DNA of 31,532 nt, from the NCBI GenBank assembly GCA_049975265.1, contig JBNGDF010000005.1, forward strand, positions 82,754-114,285, read 5' to 3'. This DNA is from Fidelibacterota bacterium. Lineage in GTDB: Bacteria > Fidelibacterota > UBA2242. The notes beneath the pieces are model-generated. The model was not told where the DNA came from. It saw nothing but the letters and a program-made list of their open reading frames with translations, and searched no databases. Below, one piece after another: positions 17,905 to 26,583 of the stretch. A program made the translations under genes and the position numbers. The first letter of the stretch is position 1, and every line of letters begins with the position of its first letter.

Positions 17905-18746
17905 GAATTCAGACTGTTTTTCAATAGTTTGATCTCTTTTGCATAATGCGCTTCATTGCCCGGCGTTTCCAAAATCATGGGAAGTTCAGAGAACCGCTCA
18001 TCTTTTACCAGACGATAAAACGCTTGCCAACCGATCAGTCCCTGTCCCAGTTGATGATGCCGGTCAACTCGGGAGCCAAGGGGTTTTTTGGAATCGTTGA
18101 GATGAAAGACCTTAAGGCGGTGTAAGCCGATGATATCATCGAACTGTTTGAAGGTATCCCGGTAACCGGATTCTTCGGCAAGGTTGTACCCGGCGGCAAA
18201 GGCGTGACAGGTATCGAGGCAGACGCCCAACCGGTCGGGGTGAGTGGACTGCCGGATGATCGTATCCAAATGGGCGAAATGGTATCCGACATTGGTGCCC
18301 TGTCCGGCTGTATTTTCCAGGAGCAGCATTACTGTCGAATCCGGTACATTTTCAATACAATAATCGAGGCTCTCGGCAATGGTTTTCAAGGCGTAATCCA
18401 CACCCTTGCCCATATGTGAACCCGGATGAAAGACAATATAGGGGATATTTAAAAAAGTGGAGCGCCGGATTTCTTCGATAAAGGCTTTGCGGGACATTGC
18501 CTGTTTTTTGGGTTCGGGGTTGCTCAGATTGATCAGATAGGAATCGTGAGAAATGACCTTTTGGAAGCGATGTTTTTTAATTTCGAGCAGATAACGTTCC
18601 CGGGTTTGCTGTGGGATCGGGCTTGCTTTCCACTGCATTTGGTTGGCGGTAAAAATCTGGAAAGCGTCACAGCCGATTGCAGTAGCGCGCTCCGGAGCAT
18701 TATCAACCCCGCCGCTTATGGAAATATGACAACCGATATAGGGCAT
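17901..18746 (-). CDS. nfo: Endonuclease IV
   Basis: HDSYLINL, FHPGS, ENTAGQG, DTCHAF, HLNDSK, DRH and LETP. Confidence 0.96.
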   Translation of the reverse strand: MPYIGCHISISGGVDNAPERATAIGCDAFQIFTANQMQWKASPIPQQTRERYLLEIKKHRFQKVISHDSYLINLSNPEPKKQAMSRKAFIEEIRRSTFLNIPYIVFHPGSHMGKGVDYALKTIAESLDYCIENVPDSTVMLLLENTAGQGTNVGYHFAHLDTIIRQSTHPDRLGVCLDTCHAFAAGYNLAEESGYRDTFKQFDDIIGLHRLKVFHLNDSKKPLGSRVDRHHQLGQGLIGWQAFYRLVKDERFSELPMILETPGNEAHYAKEIKLLKNSLNS

Positions 18747-18749
18747 TTG

Positions 18750-21191
18750 TTATTTTAGCAGAATCAATTTTCGGGTTTGATAGTTACGCCCGGAATCAAG
18801 CCGATACAAATAAATACCTGAAGCCAGGTCGGTTCCGTCTACTTCAAATTCGTAAAATCCGGCTGTGAGATTTTTTGAAACGATTGTTTTTACTTTTTCA
18901 CCTCTAAGATTGTAGAGAGACAATGTGGTATACTCTTTTTGTGGTAGACGAAATCGAAGTGTCGTTGTCGCATTAAATGGATTTGGGTAGTTCTGATACA
19001 GATTAAATGAACCGGGCAGAGTAATCCCATCCCTTGTATCAATGTTCGTGAAAAACGGATATGTGGCTTTTAAATTGTCGAAGCAGATAACACCGCGATT
19101 TGTATCACCAACATCTCCTTCGTAGCCGAGGCGAATTTCGATACGCTTAAAACTGATGGGAAAATAGAAATTAGATCCCGGCTCGATTTGTGCAAAATCC
19201 GAAAGGGCGAATCCGTAGCTTGTAAAAGCCGTATCACTGAAAATGGATGATTTCTGATATAATTCCTTATCATCATCTGCGATCACCAAATTGACCATGT
19301 GGGGTTTATGATCTCCGGGATTTGATTTAATATCCAAAAAAATGCTGTCGGGCAGACCATAGACAGGAATATTGGAATTTAAATAGATCCAGGCTCTGGC
19401 ATCACTTCGCCGGATGAATTCGTAGGAGAGGCAGAGCGCCTGGCGGGTTCCATCAGCCGTCACTACGGTACTGATGGATGTATTGGATGGATTAAAATAT
19501 TCTCCCGTCAATAGCCAGCCGGTGGGGGAATTCAGCGAGTCGATGATAATAGTCCCGGTGCCGATTTCAACAATGACCTCAGCCGTATCCGTTAAGCCAC
19601 GATACTCGGCAACTATTTTGGAATTACCATTTTTCATTCCGGAGAATACTCCCGAGGTATCTATCTGACCAATTTCCGGATTCAATAGTATCCATGTGAT
19701 TGCCGATTGGGAGACGCTGGCTGTTAAATTATCGATATCGTAAACAGTGGGTGTAAATTGAATTTTCTTGATATTGTCGGTAACGACCTTTTTAGGATTG
19801 ATTTCGATGCGTTGTGCTGATTTGATAAAAATGTAAGCAGAATCTGCCATCTCCCCGTATTGTACATAGACATATCCGCTATCTACCTCGTTCGCAGCCA
19901 GGAAATTTCCTTCCTGATCGATAATGCCGATGTTTTCATCGCATGTAAACGTCAAATTGTCGGTATTAATACTCACAGGATTAAAATACTCATCCCAGCC
20001 ACCGGTGTGAAACTTGATTCTGCTGCCCCAAAAGATCCGATAATTATCAGGAGATATTTGGATTGATGAAAGGCTGCCTTCATCCGGTGCATCGGAAATG
20101 ACCATTAATGCATTGGCGACGCTGCGTTCGTCAGCGAATAATGAGTTAGTAATCTGATTTCGGATGACCATGGTGGTGGAACCGCCGCCATCGAGGTTAA
20201 TCGCATGATGAGCCCCCAGAAAGAGCATGAGATCAGCGAGTTGGCGATAGTTCATCCCGATGCTTCCGGATTGTCTTCCGTCAATGGTGGCTAAATATAA
20301 GATACTGCTGTCGGCAGAAAATCCGGCGATAGTGCGGGGATGCAGATCGGTATTGGTACTGCCGGTATAGACCCCGCCGGACAGAATTTTCAAATTTCCT
20401 CCGACGACGTCAGTGATTTTTTGTAAAGAGGTATTTAACCCAAGATAAAGTTTTACCGTATCCTCTGCATGTAAAGTATTTAAAAACGTTGCTGAACTGC
20501 CATGTCCTGAAAGCACCGCCTGTCCTTTTGGAATGGTGCTGCTCCCTTGGTTTGCATAAAGGGTGTCAATAACACAGATGATTGTGTCATTGGCATACCA
20601 AGGGGTGATCGGGTGTACGACGATTTCGGATCCCCAGCTATTCGTATTGGTTGTGCTGCCAAAATATTGATTATAGAGAATTAATTGATTTTCCTCTCTG
20701 CTTTTATTTATTCCATGAATGCTCTGATTGCCCGCGGTCGTGATCACTGAACCGGAAAAAAGGACGTTATTGATAAAGGGTACGTTATCGGCGCTAAAGC
20801 CGATCGCCTGCCAGCCGGAGGAGGTTTTCAGGATTTCACCCTTAATCACCTGAGTCCCGACAGGCACTCCTGTACTCATATCATAAAAATCCGCATTGAC
20901 TGCTCCGATCACACGGTGTCCCGGCGCGTCGTTCCGTTGAGCCATACTGCTGGTTCGCTCCATACCATACAACAAATTTTTTGCTTTGACCGATTCGAGA
21001 TAGGTGAATGGATTTTTCAGATCGATTTCCAATACGTTGATGATCCAGGGAGCGGTGGGGGCATGAATATATTTATGCACAATTCCCGGACCGATCTGAG
21101 TAGTGGACTGAACATAAAGTCTGTGATTACCGTTTAGAAAAGTAATTGTGAATAGAAACATGAATAAAAATAAATAATTCCGTTTCCTCAT
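18750..21191 (-). CDS. Secreted phosphodiester glycosidase (NAGPA/DUF2233 family) with Ig-like and carbohydrate-binding-like modules and an intact T9SS type-A CTD
   Basis: Signal peptide, GAVNADFY, HPRTIAG, IDGRQ, AINLDGGGSTTM and RSVANAL. CTD LYQNYPNPFN...LASGIYLYRL...RKLILLK. Confidence 0.85.
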   Translation of the reverse strand: MRKRNYLFLFMFLFTITFLNGNHRLYVQSTTQIGPGIVHKYIHAPTAPWIINVLEIDLKNPFTYLESVKAKNLLYGMERTSSMAQRNDAPGHRVIGAVNADFYDMSTGVPVGTQVIKGEILKTSSGWQAIGFSADNVPFINNVLFSGSVITTAGNQSIHGINKSREENQLILYNQYFGSTTNTNSWGSEIVVHPITPWYANDTIICVIDTLYANQGSSTIPKGQAVLSGHGSSATFLNTLHAEDTVKLYLGLNTSLQKITDVVGGNLKILSGGVYTGSTNTDLHPRTIAGFSADSSILYLATIDGRQSGSIGMNYRQLADLMLFLGAHHAINLDGGGSTTMVIRNQITNSLFADERSVANALMVISDAPDEGSLSSIQISPDNYRIFWGSRIKFHTGGWDEYFNPVSINTDNLTFTCDENIGIIDQEGNFLAANEVDSGYVYVQYGEMADSAYIFIKSAQRIEINPKKVVTDNIKKIQFTPTVYDIDNLTASVSQSAITWILLNPEIGQIDTSGVFSGMKNGNSKIVAEYRGLTDTAEVIVEIGTGTIIIDSLNSPTGWLLTGEYFNPSNTSISTVVTADGTRQALCLSYEFIRRSDARAWIYLNSNIPVYGLPDSIFLDIKSNPGDHKPHMVNLVIADDDKELYQKSSIFSDTAFTSYGFALSDFAQIEPGSNFYFPISFKRIEIRLGYEGDVGDTNRGVICFDNLKATYPFFTNIDTRDGITLPGSFNLYQNYPNPFNATTTLRFRLPQKEYTTLSLYNLRGEKVKTIVSKNLTAGFYEFEVDGTDLASGIYLYRLDSGRNYQTRKLILLK

Positions 21192-21272
21192 TTTCTCATC
21201 TCACGGTTGTTTTTTTTTTCGTATTATTCAAATAAAACATTGGATCTATATTCTTGTGAATTCCGCGACCGT

Positions 21273-21830
21273 TCAAATCCGGGTGATATTGATTAAATCC
21301 AGAAATTCCTTGCGGGTGCGTTCCTGCTCCCGGAAAATGCCAACCATAGCGCTAGTGGTAACCATGGAATTTGCCTTTTCGATGCCGCGCATCTGCATGC
21401 AGAGATGCCGGGCTTCCACCACCACCGCAACGCCTTTTGGCTGCAGCACTTTCTGAATGGAATCGGCGATCTGATTGGTCAGACGCTCCTGAATCTGCAG
21501 CCGACAGGCAAAAGCGTCCACGATGCGGGGGATTTTACTGAGCCCGATCATTTTTCCGTCGGGAATATAGGCTACATGCGCCTTTCCGAAAAAGGGTACC
21601 AGATGGTGTTCGCAAAGGCTGTAATAATCAATATCTTTTACCAAAATCAGCTGGCTGTAATCATCGTCACAGACAGATTCCTTTAATAAAGCATCAATGT
21701 CAACTTTGTATCCACGGGTAACGTATTCCCAAAATTTTGCCACCCGCTGCGGGGTCTTTTTTAAGGCGTCCCGGTCGGGGTTCTCCCCGATATTGCGCAA
21801 CAGTTGCCGAATCAATTCTTCCGTATTCAT
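21273..21830 (-). CDS. folE: GTP cyclohydrolase I
   Basis: [40 protein letters not shown] and HLCM. Start set at ATG 21830, just after the nth stop. Confidence 0.97.
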   Translation of the reverse strand: MNTEELIRQLLRNIGENPDRDALKKTPQRVAKFWEYVTRGYKVDIDALLKESVCDDDYSQLILVKDIDYYSLCEHHLVPFFGKAHVAYIPDGKMIGLSKIPRIVDAFACRLQIQERLTNQIADSIQKVLQPKGVAVVVEARHLCMQMRGIEKANSMVTTSAMVGIFREQERTRKEFLDLINITRI

Positions 21831-21831
21831 A

Positions 21832-22479
21832 TCATTGCCTTTCGGTTCCATCTGCCGAAGGGCAGAGGTCATTTAAAAAACAGTTCCGACATCTCGGTCG
21901 TCGGGCAATACAGACCGCACGCCCGTGATCAATCAGCAGATGACCCAGCAGGGTCCAGTGCTTTGGAGGAAAAATTTGCATCAAATCCCGTTCGATTTTC
22001 TCCGGATCGCTATGGTTTGTCCAACCCAGCCGACGGGAGATTCGCTTCACGTGTGTATCGACGACAATACCCGGAATGCCGAAAGCATCGCCCAGCACCA
22101 CATTGGCGGTCTTGCGACCGACACCTTTTAACATGAGCAGCTCATCCATACTGTCCGGTACCATGCCGTTGTACTTTGTGATAATGCCCTGCATCGCCGC
22201 CTGAATTGCCTGGGCTTTGTGGTTGAAAAAGCCGGTGGAGCGGATATCATCTTTAAGCTCTTCGATGTCGGCATTTGCAAAGGCAAGGGGTGTGGGATAT
22301 TTTCTGAACAAGCCGGCTGTAACCTGGTTGACCCGCTTGTCGGTACACTGTGCCGAGAGAATTGTAGATACCAGGAGTTCGTGGGGTTTTTGAAAGGTGA
22401 GGGAGCATTGGGAGTCGGGATAGTGTTTCTGCAGACGCTGAAATATTTTTGAGGCATGCTTGGCAAGCAGTTCATTCAC
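21832..22479 (-). CDS. nth: Endonuclease III
   Basis: ILSAQCTD, Hh[16 protein letters not shown] and the 4Fe-4S motif C-x6-C-x2-C-x5-C. Start uncertain (GTG 22479 chosen). Confidence 0.95.
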   Translation of the reverse strand: MNELLAKHASKIFQRLQKHYPDSQCSLTFQKPHELLVSTILSAQCTDKRVNQVTAGLFRKYPTPLAFANADIEELKDDIRSTGFFNHKAQAIQAAMQGIITKYNGMVPDSMDELLMLKGVGRKTANVVLGDAFGIPGIVVDTHVKRISRRLGWTNHSDPEKIERDLMQIFPPKHWTLLGHLLIDHGRAVCIARRPRCRNCFLNDLCPSADGTERQ

Positions 22480-22528
22480 GACAATAAGATAACGGATAAT
22501 AATTGAAAATCCATGCGAAAGTGTGGAA

Positions 22529-23449
22529 TTAACGGGGGTCAATCACCCGCGCACCCTGATAGGTTCCCCGCCGTGCCAATTCCGCCTGAATGTTCTGTAA
22601 TATTCGGATTTTCGGTATCTGCCACTGCGGTGCAATCAAAGTTCCGGGTTGAGCATCACCCACCAGTCGCTGCATCACGATATCGGGTGACAGACGCTCT
22701 AAAAAATCACTTATGAGGTCAATCCACTCCGACTCCGTGAAGAGCGCAAAGGTTTTTTGGCGATACAATTCTGCAAGACCACTGTTTTTAACGATGTGCA
22801 GATGGTGGATTTTCAGCGCATCCGGCTGCATGGCATTCAGAACCGCCGCCGAATCGAGGATTTCCTGCCGTGATTCGGTGGGAAAACCGAAAATAATATG
22901 TCCGCCGGTATGAATCCCCGCTTTCTTCGTTTGTTCAAAGGCACGGCGGGTGACGGCAAAAGTATGTCCGCGCCGCGCCCACTCCAGGGTTTTATCGTAT
23001 ACCGACTCGATTCCGTATTCAATGGACACGTAGGTATTTTGACCAATATCTGCAAGCAGATTCAGAATGTCGGCGTCCACGCAGTCCGGTCGGGTGGCGA
23101 TGATAATTCCCACAACGCCGGGGATATCGAGCACCGAGCGGTACAGCCGCTCCAATTCCGTGATCGGCTTATAGGTATTGGTGTATGCCTGAAAATAGGC
23201 GAGATATTTTTCCGTTTTTTGCCGCTTTCTGGTGTTTTCAATGCCTTCCAGCAGCTGATTTCTGACCGGTGGCAGACCGGCAGCCCGCGGCGGGGCGAAA
23301 CTGCTGTTGTCGCAATAGAGACAGCCGCCGGTGCCCAGTTTGCCGTCGCGGGTCGGGCAGCTGAACCCGGCGTCCAATGAAATCCGGCGGACCTTTTCGC
23401 CGAAATATTGCCGAAGGTACCGACTGTAACGATAGTATCGTTCATTCAT
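22529..23449 (-). CDS. TIGR01212 family radical SAM protein (YhcC-like)
   Basis: GFSCPTRDGKLGTGGCLYC, YFQAYTNTY, TRPDC, RGH and KIHHLH. Start is ATG 23449 or 23470. Confidence 0.92.
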   Translation of the reverse strand: MNERYYRYSRYLRQYFGEKVRRISLDAGFSCPTRDGKLGTGGCLYCDNSSFAPPRAAGLPPVRNQLLEGIENTRKRQKTEKYLAYFQAYTNTYKPITELERLYRSVLDIPGVVGIIIATRPDCVDADILNLLADIGQNTYVSIEYGIESVYDKTLEWARRGHTFAVTRRAFEQTKKAGIHTGGHIIFGFPTESRQEILDSAAVLNAMQPDALKIHHLHIVKNSGLAELYRQKTFALFTESEWIDLISDFLERLSPDIVMQRLVGDAQPGTLIAPQWQIPKIRILQNIQAELARRGTYQGARVIDPR

Positions 23450-23494
23450 TGGAAAACGGAGTACAGGCATGGATAATCAGATTCGGACAGGCTT

Positions 23495-24754
23495 TTACCG
23501 GAGTACAGTGCCGATCTGCTCGGTTGCCCGGGACAGTTGGATGTATTTTTGTTCTCCGGAAACCATGTTCTTAACAATTAATTGGTCTTTTTGAATTTCA
23601 TCCTCACCGATAATGATCACCCAATCGGCGCCTTTCTTGCCGGCATCCCGCATCTGGGCTTTCAGTGAACGCCGCATGAAATCCATTTCAACGGCGTATC
23701 CCTGAGAGCGCAGTCGGGAAACCAGTTGAAAAGCCGTCTGGCGGGCATTATCGCCTAAAATTGCGGTATAAATCAGGTTTCTGGCGGGCTTGGGAATCGC
23801 CTGAATCTCATTGAGAATCATCAGGAGACGCTCCATTCCGGATGCTACGCCCACTGCCGGGGTCGGGGGACCGTTCAGGTCTTCCGCCAGATGATCGTAG
23901 CGCCCGCCGCCACAGATGGCGTCCTGCGAGCCCAGCAGCGAGCTGGTGATTTCAAAGGTGGTCCGGGTGTAATAGTCCAGACCACGGACCAGTTTTTTGT
24001 CGATTTCGAAGGGTACGTAGGCGGCAGTAAGAAGCGCCTGAACCTCTTCGAAGTGCAGGATATCGGCACTGCTCAGATGATCCAGAATGGAGGGTGCATA
24101 TTTGTCCAGCAACGCCTGGCAGCTTTCGAGTTTACAGTCAAAAAGGCGCAGAATGTTTCTTTCCAGCCGCTGCTGACAGGTTGCACAAAATTTCCCGGCA
24201 TGGGGCGCCAGAGTCTTGCGCAGCAGATCGAGATAGTGACGCCGGCTGTCCCGGCTGCCGATGCTGTTAATCCGTACTTTGAGGTCATTGATTCCCAGGT
24301 CCTGATAAATGGCGAAGATCACCTGAATGACCTCTGCGTCTGCCTCGGGATGTTCGGAACCGATAATTTCGAAGCCGAACTGATTGAACTGACGCAGGCG
24401 CCCTTTTTGAGGTCGCTCCTGGCGGAATAGTGGACCCAGATAGTAGAGTTTTGTAATGGGACTGAGTTGATTGAGATTATTTTGAAGGTAAGCGCGCAGG
24501 ACCGGTGCGGTCAGTTCCGGACGAAGTGTCAGACTGGTATGACCTTTATCCTGAAATGTGTACATCTCTTTGGAAACGACATCTGTATCCGTGCCGATGC
24601 TGCGGGAAAAGAGCTCCGTAACTTCGAAAAGCGGTGTTCGGATTTCCTGATAATTGCAGCGTTCGAGATAGTTACGGATTCTTTTTTCCACAAATTGCCA
24701 TTGATAGATTTCCTCGGGTAAAATATCCCGGGTTCCTTTGATTCGGTGATACAC
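23495..24754 (-). CDS. hisS: Histidine--tRNA ligase
   Basis: KGTRD, KEMYTF, LRPELTA, FRQERPQKGRLRQF, LVRGLDYY and GGGRYD. GTG 24754 lies 6 nt after AAGGA. Confidence 0.98.
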   Translation of the reverse strand: MYHRIKGTRDILPEEIYQWQFVEKRIRNYLERCNYQEIRTPLFEVTELFSRSIGTDTDVVSKEMYTFQDKGHTSLTLRPELTAPVLRAYLQNNLNQLSPITKLYYLGPLFRQERPQKGRLRQFNQFGFEIIGSEHPEADAEVIQVIFAIYQDLGINDLKVRINSIGSRDSRRHYLDLLRKTLAPHAGKFCATCQQRLERNILRLFDCKLESCQALLDKYAPSILDHLSSADILHFEEVQALLTAAYVPFEIDKKLVRGLDYYTRTTFEITSSLLGSQDAICGGGRYDHLAEDLNGPPTPAVGVASGMERLLMILNEIQAIPKPARNLIYTAILGDNARQTAFQLVSRLRSQGYAVEMDFMRRSLKAQMRDAGKKGADWVIIIGEDEIQKDQLIVKNMVSGEQKYIQLSRATEQIGTVLR

Positions 24755-24824
24755 AGTCAATCCTTATTGATTACAGGTTGTTTTTATTCAAATTATACTC
24801 ATAAGTGACTGAGCCGGGAGTCGG

Positions 24825-25286
24825 TTAATAGGTTTTGTCAAACTCTTCCAGTACCGCGATGATTCCCGCGGCGCTGGTGGCGGATAGGAGTTTTTCCCGA
24901 CAGACGGCGATATTCAATATACGCGAAAATTTACTAAGCAGTTTGAGATGTTTGTTGGGGTATTTAGCCGGGGTCAACAACAGTACAAAAATGTGAACCG
25001 GCTGTCCGTCAATTGCATCGAAATCGATGCCCTTTTTGGAGATACCGCAGGCAATCAAAACGTCCTCAGTCTCCGCATATTTTCCATGGGGCAGTGCGAC
25101 GCCCTTACCGACGCCGGTGGTCATTAATTCTTCCCGTTTGAGGACGGCAGCTTTCGCCGCGGCGGGATCTTTCAGTTTGCCATTGCGGACCAGGATATCA
25201 ATCAGCCGGGAAATCACTTCCGACTTATTGTCCGCTTCCAGGGGAATTTGAACCAGATCGGGTGTTAAAATATCGCTTAATTCCAT
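24825..25286 (-). CDS. PTS EIIA (Ntr/fructose-mannitol type) stand-alone domain
   Basis: REELMTTGVGKGVALPHGK (phospho-His), GIDFDAIDGQPV and HLKLLS. Confidence 0.93.
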   Translation of the reverse strand: MELSDILTPDLVQIPLEADNKSEVISRLIDILVRNGKLKDPAAAKAAVLKREELMTTGVGKGVALPHGKYAETEDVLIACGISKKGIDFDAIDGQPVHIFVLLLTPAKYPNKHLKLLSKFSRILNIAVCREKLLSATSAAGIIAVLEEFDKTY

Positions 25287-25318
25287 GGTTGTTCATTTAG
25301 TTGTAATTGAACGGAGAG

Positions 25319-25347
25319 AATTTACATGAATCAAATCATTATGCCAA
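25319..25347 (-). promoter_or_regulatory. Putative sigma70 promoter for EIIA-hisS
   Basis: TTGGCA-N17-TAAATT, about 32 nt upstream of ATG 25286. Confidence 0.45.
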
Positions 25348-25404
25348 TTATTAATCTGCTTGTCAGATATTTAGTCTGTTAAAAGGTGGCGAACCGGTTT
25401 TGTT

Positions 25405-26583
25405 TCAGCCGGTTTTCATTAAAATCCGCATGGTTGTTTTTTCGTTGGGGCGGCTTTCTGCAACGCTGATTTTGCCCTGATGATTCTCGGTGATGATCCG
25501 TTTTGTCAGCGATAGACCCAGTCCCCAGCCACGCTTTTTGGTGCTGTAACCCGGACGAAAAATGTTTTTCCGGTCTCTGGGAAGGACACCTTTACCGTTG
25601 TCAATCACATCAATGGCGAGCCATTTGCCGTTTTTGATCAATTCGGTCTGAATCCGGATTTTGCCGTTTTTCTGAGGGACGGCGTCTATGGCATTTTTAA
25701 TCAGGTTTTCAATCGCCCAGGCGAAGAGGTCCCGGATTATGGTGACCTGATAATCGGTGCTTGGCTTAAATTCGATCTGGATGCCCGGACCGAGCTGGGG
25801 CAAACGGCGTCGGTAATAGTCAACGGCTTCCTGGATGGTGGCATTGATTGCAACCTTTTCGGCTGCCGGCGTTGAGCCAATTCGGGAAAAACGATTAGTG
25901 ATCTTTTCCAGACGCCGGATGTCCCGAGCCATTTCGGCGATATTTTCGTTGTCCGGGTATTCACTCTGCAGGAGTTCGACCCAGCCCATCAGTGATGTCA
26001 GAGGGGTGCCCAGCTGGTGGGCGGTCTCTTTTGCCATGCCGACCCAGATGGAGCGTTTTTCGCTGCTGCGGATGACCTGAAAGCCCATATAGCCCAGAAA
26101 GATAAAGAGCGCCACGACGGAGATTTCGACATAGGGTAATGTCACCAGCTGACGAATCAGTTTTGTGTCACCATAGTGAATGTAGCCCAGATTGTAATTT
26201 TTATAGGTCAATGGAATGGGATCGTTGGCACTGTCCATTTCAGCCATGATCTGTTCCAGTTTTGCAACGGTTTCCAAATTGAGGTCGATATCCTCAACCC
26301 CAACATTGCGCCAGGCGGTGGGTTGTTTGTCAATCTGGGCGGAAATGATCATGGGGATGGTGGATTTGCGGATAATTTCATCGAAGATAAAACTGAAATC
26401 CTGATCGCTCTCTTCCACCGCTGCCCGGGCGTAAACACCGGCGTAAAAGCTGATCTGGTTGTTCAGGTCCTCGCGCAGTTTGTCGACTATCTGCTGAGAA
26501 TACCAGAGCAGGGCGAAAATCAGGATGATTGCCAGCAGCAGCAGGATGCGTTTGATGGTACTGGTTTGGCGGTAAATGTTCAT
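25405..26583 (-). CDS. Membrane sensor histidine kinase (2 TM)
   Basis: H-box ETAHQLGTPL, N-box ENLIKNAIDA, DNGKG, F-box IFRPGYSTK and GWGLGLSL. Start at ATG 26583 overlaps the YfhO stop (ATGA). Confidence 0.93.
   Translation of the reverse strand: MNIYRQTSTIKRILLLLAIILIFALLWYSQQIVDKLREDLNNQISFYAGVYARAAVEESDQDFSFIFDEIIRKSTIPMIISAQIDKQPTAWRNVGVEDIDLNLETVAKLEQIMAEMDSANDPIPLTYKNYNLGYIHYGDTKLIRQLVTLPYVEISVVALFIFLGYMGFQVIRSSEKRSIWVGMAKETAHQLGTPLTSLMGWVELLQSEYPDNENIAEMARDIRRLEKITNRFSRIGSTPAAEKVAINATIQEAVDYYRRRLPQLGPGIQIEFKPSTDYQVTIIRDLFAWAIENLIKNAIDAVPQKNGKIRIQTELIKNGKWLAIDVIDNGKGVLPRDRKNIFRPGYSTKKRGWGLGLSLTKRIITENHQGKISVAESRPNEKTTMRILMKTG

Noticed and set aside
24776..24795. Recurring AAAAACAACC motif (also at 21205-21214 and 3754-3763)
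   Set aside because: Low complexity, inconsistent orientation relative to genes, and no matching -10 element.
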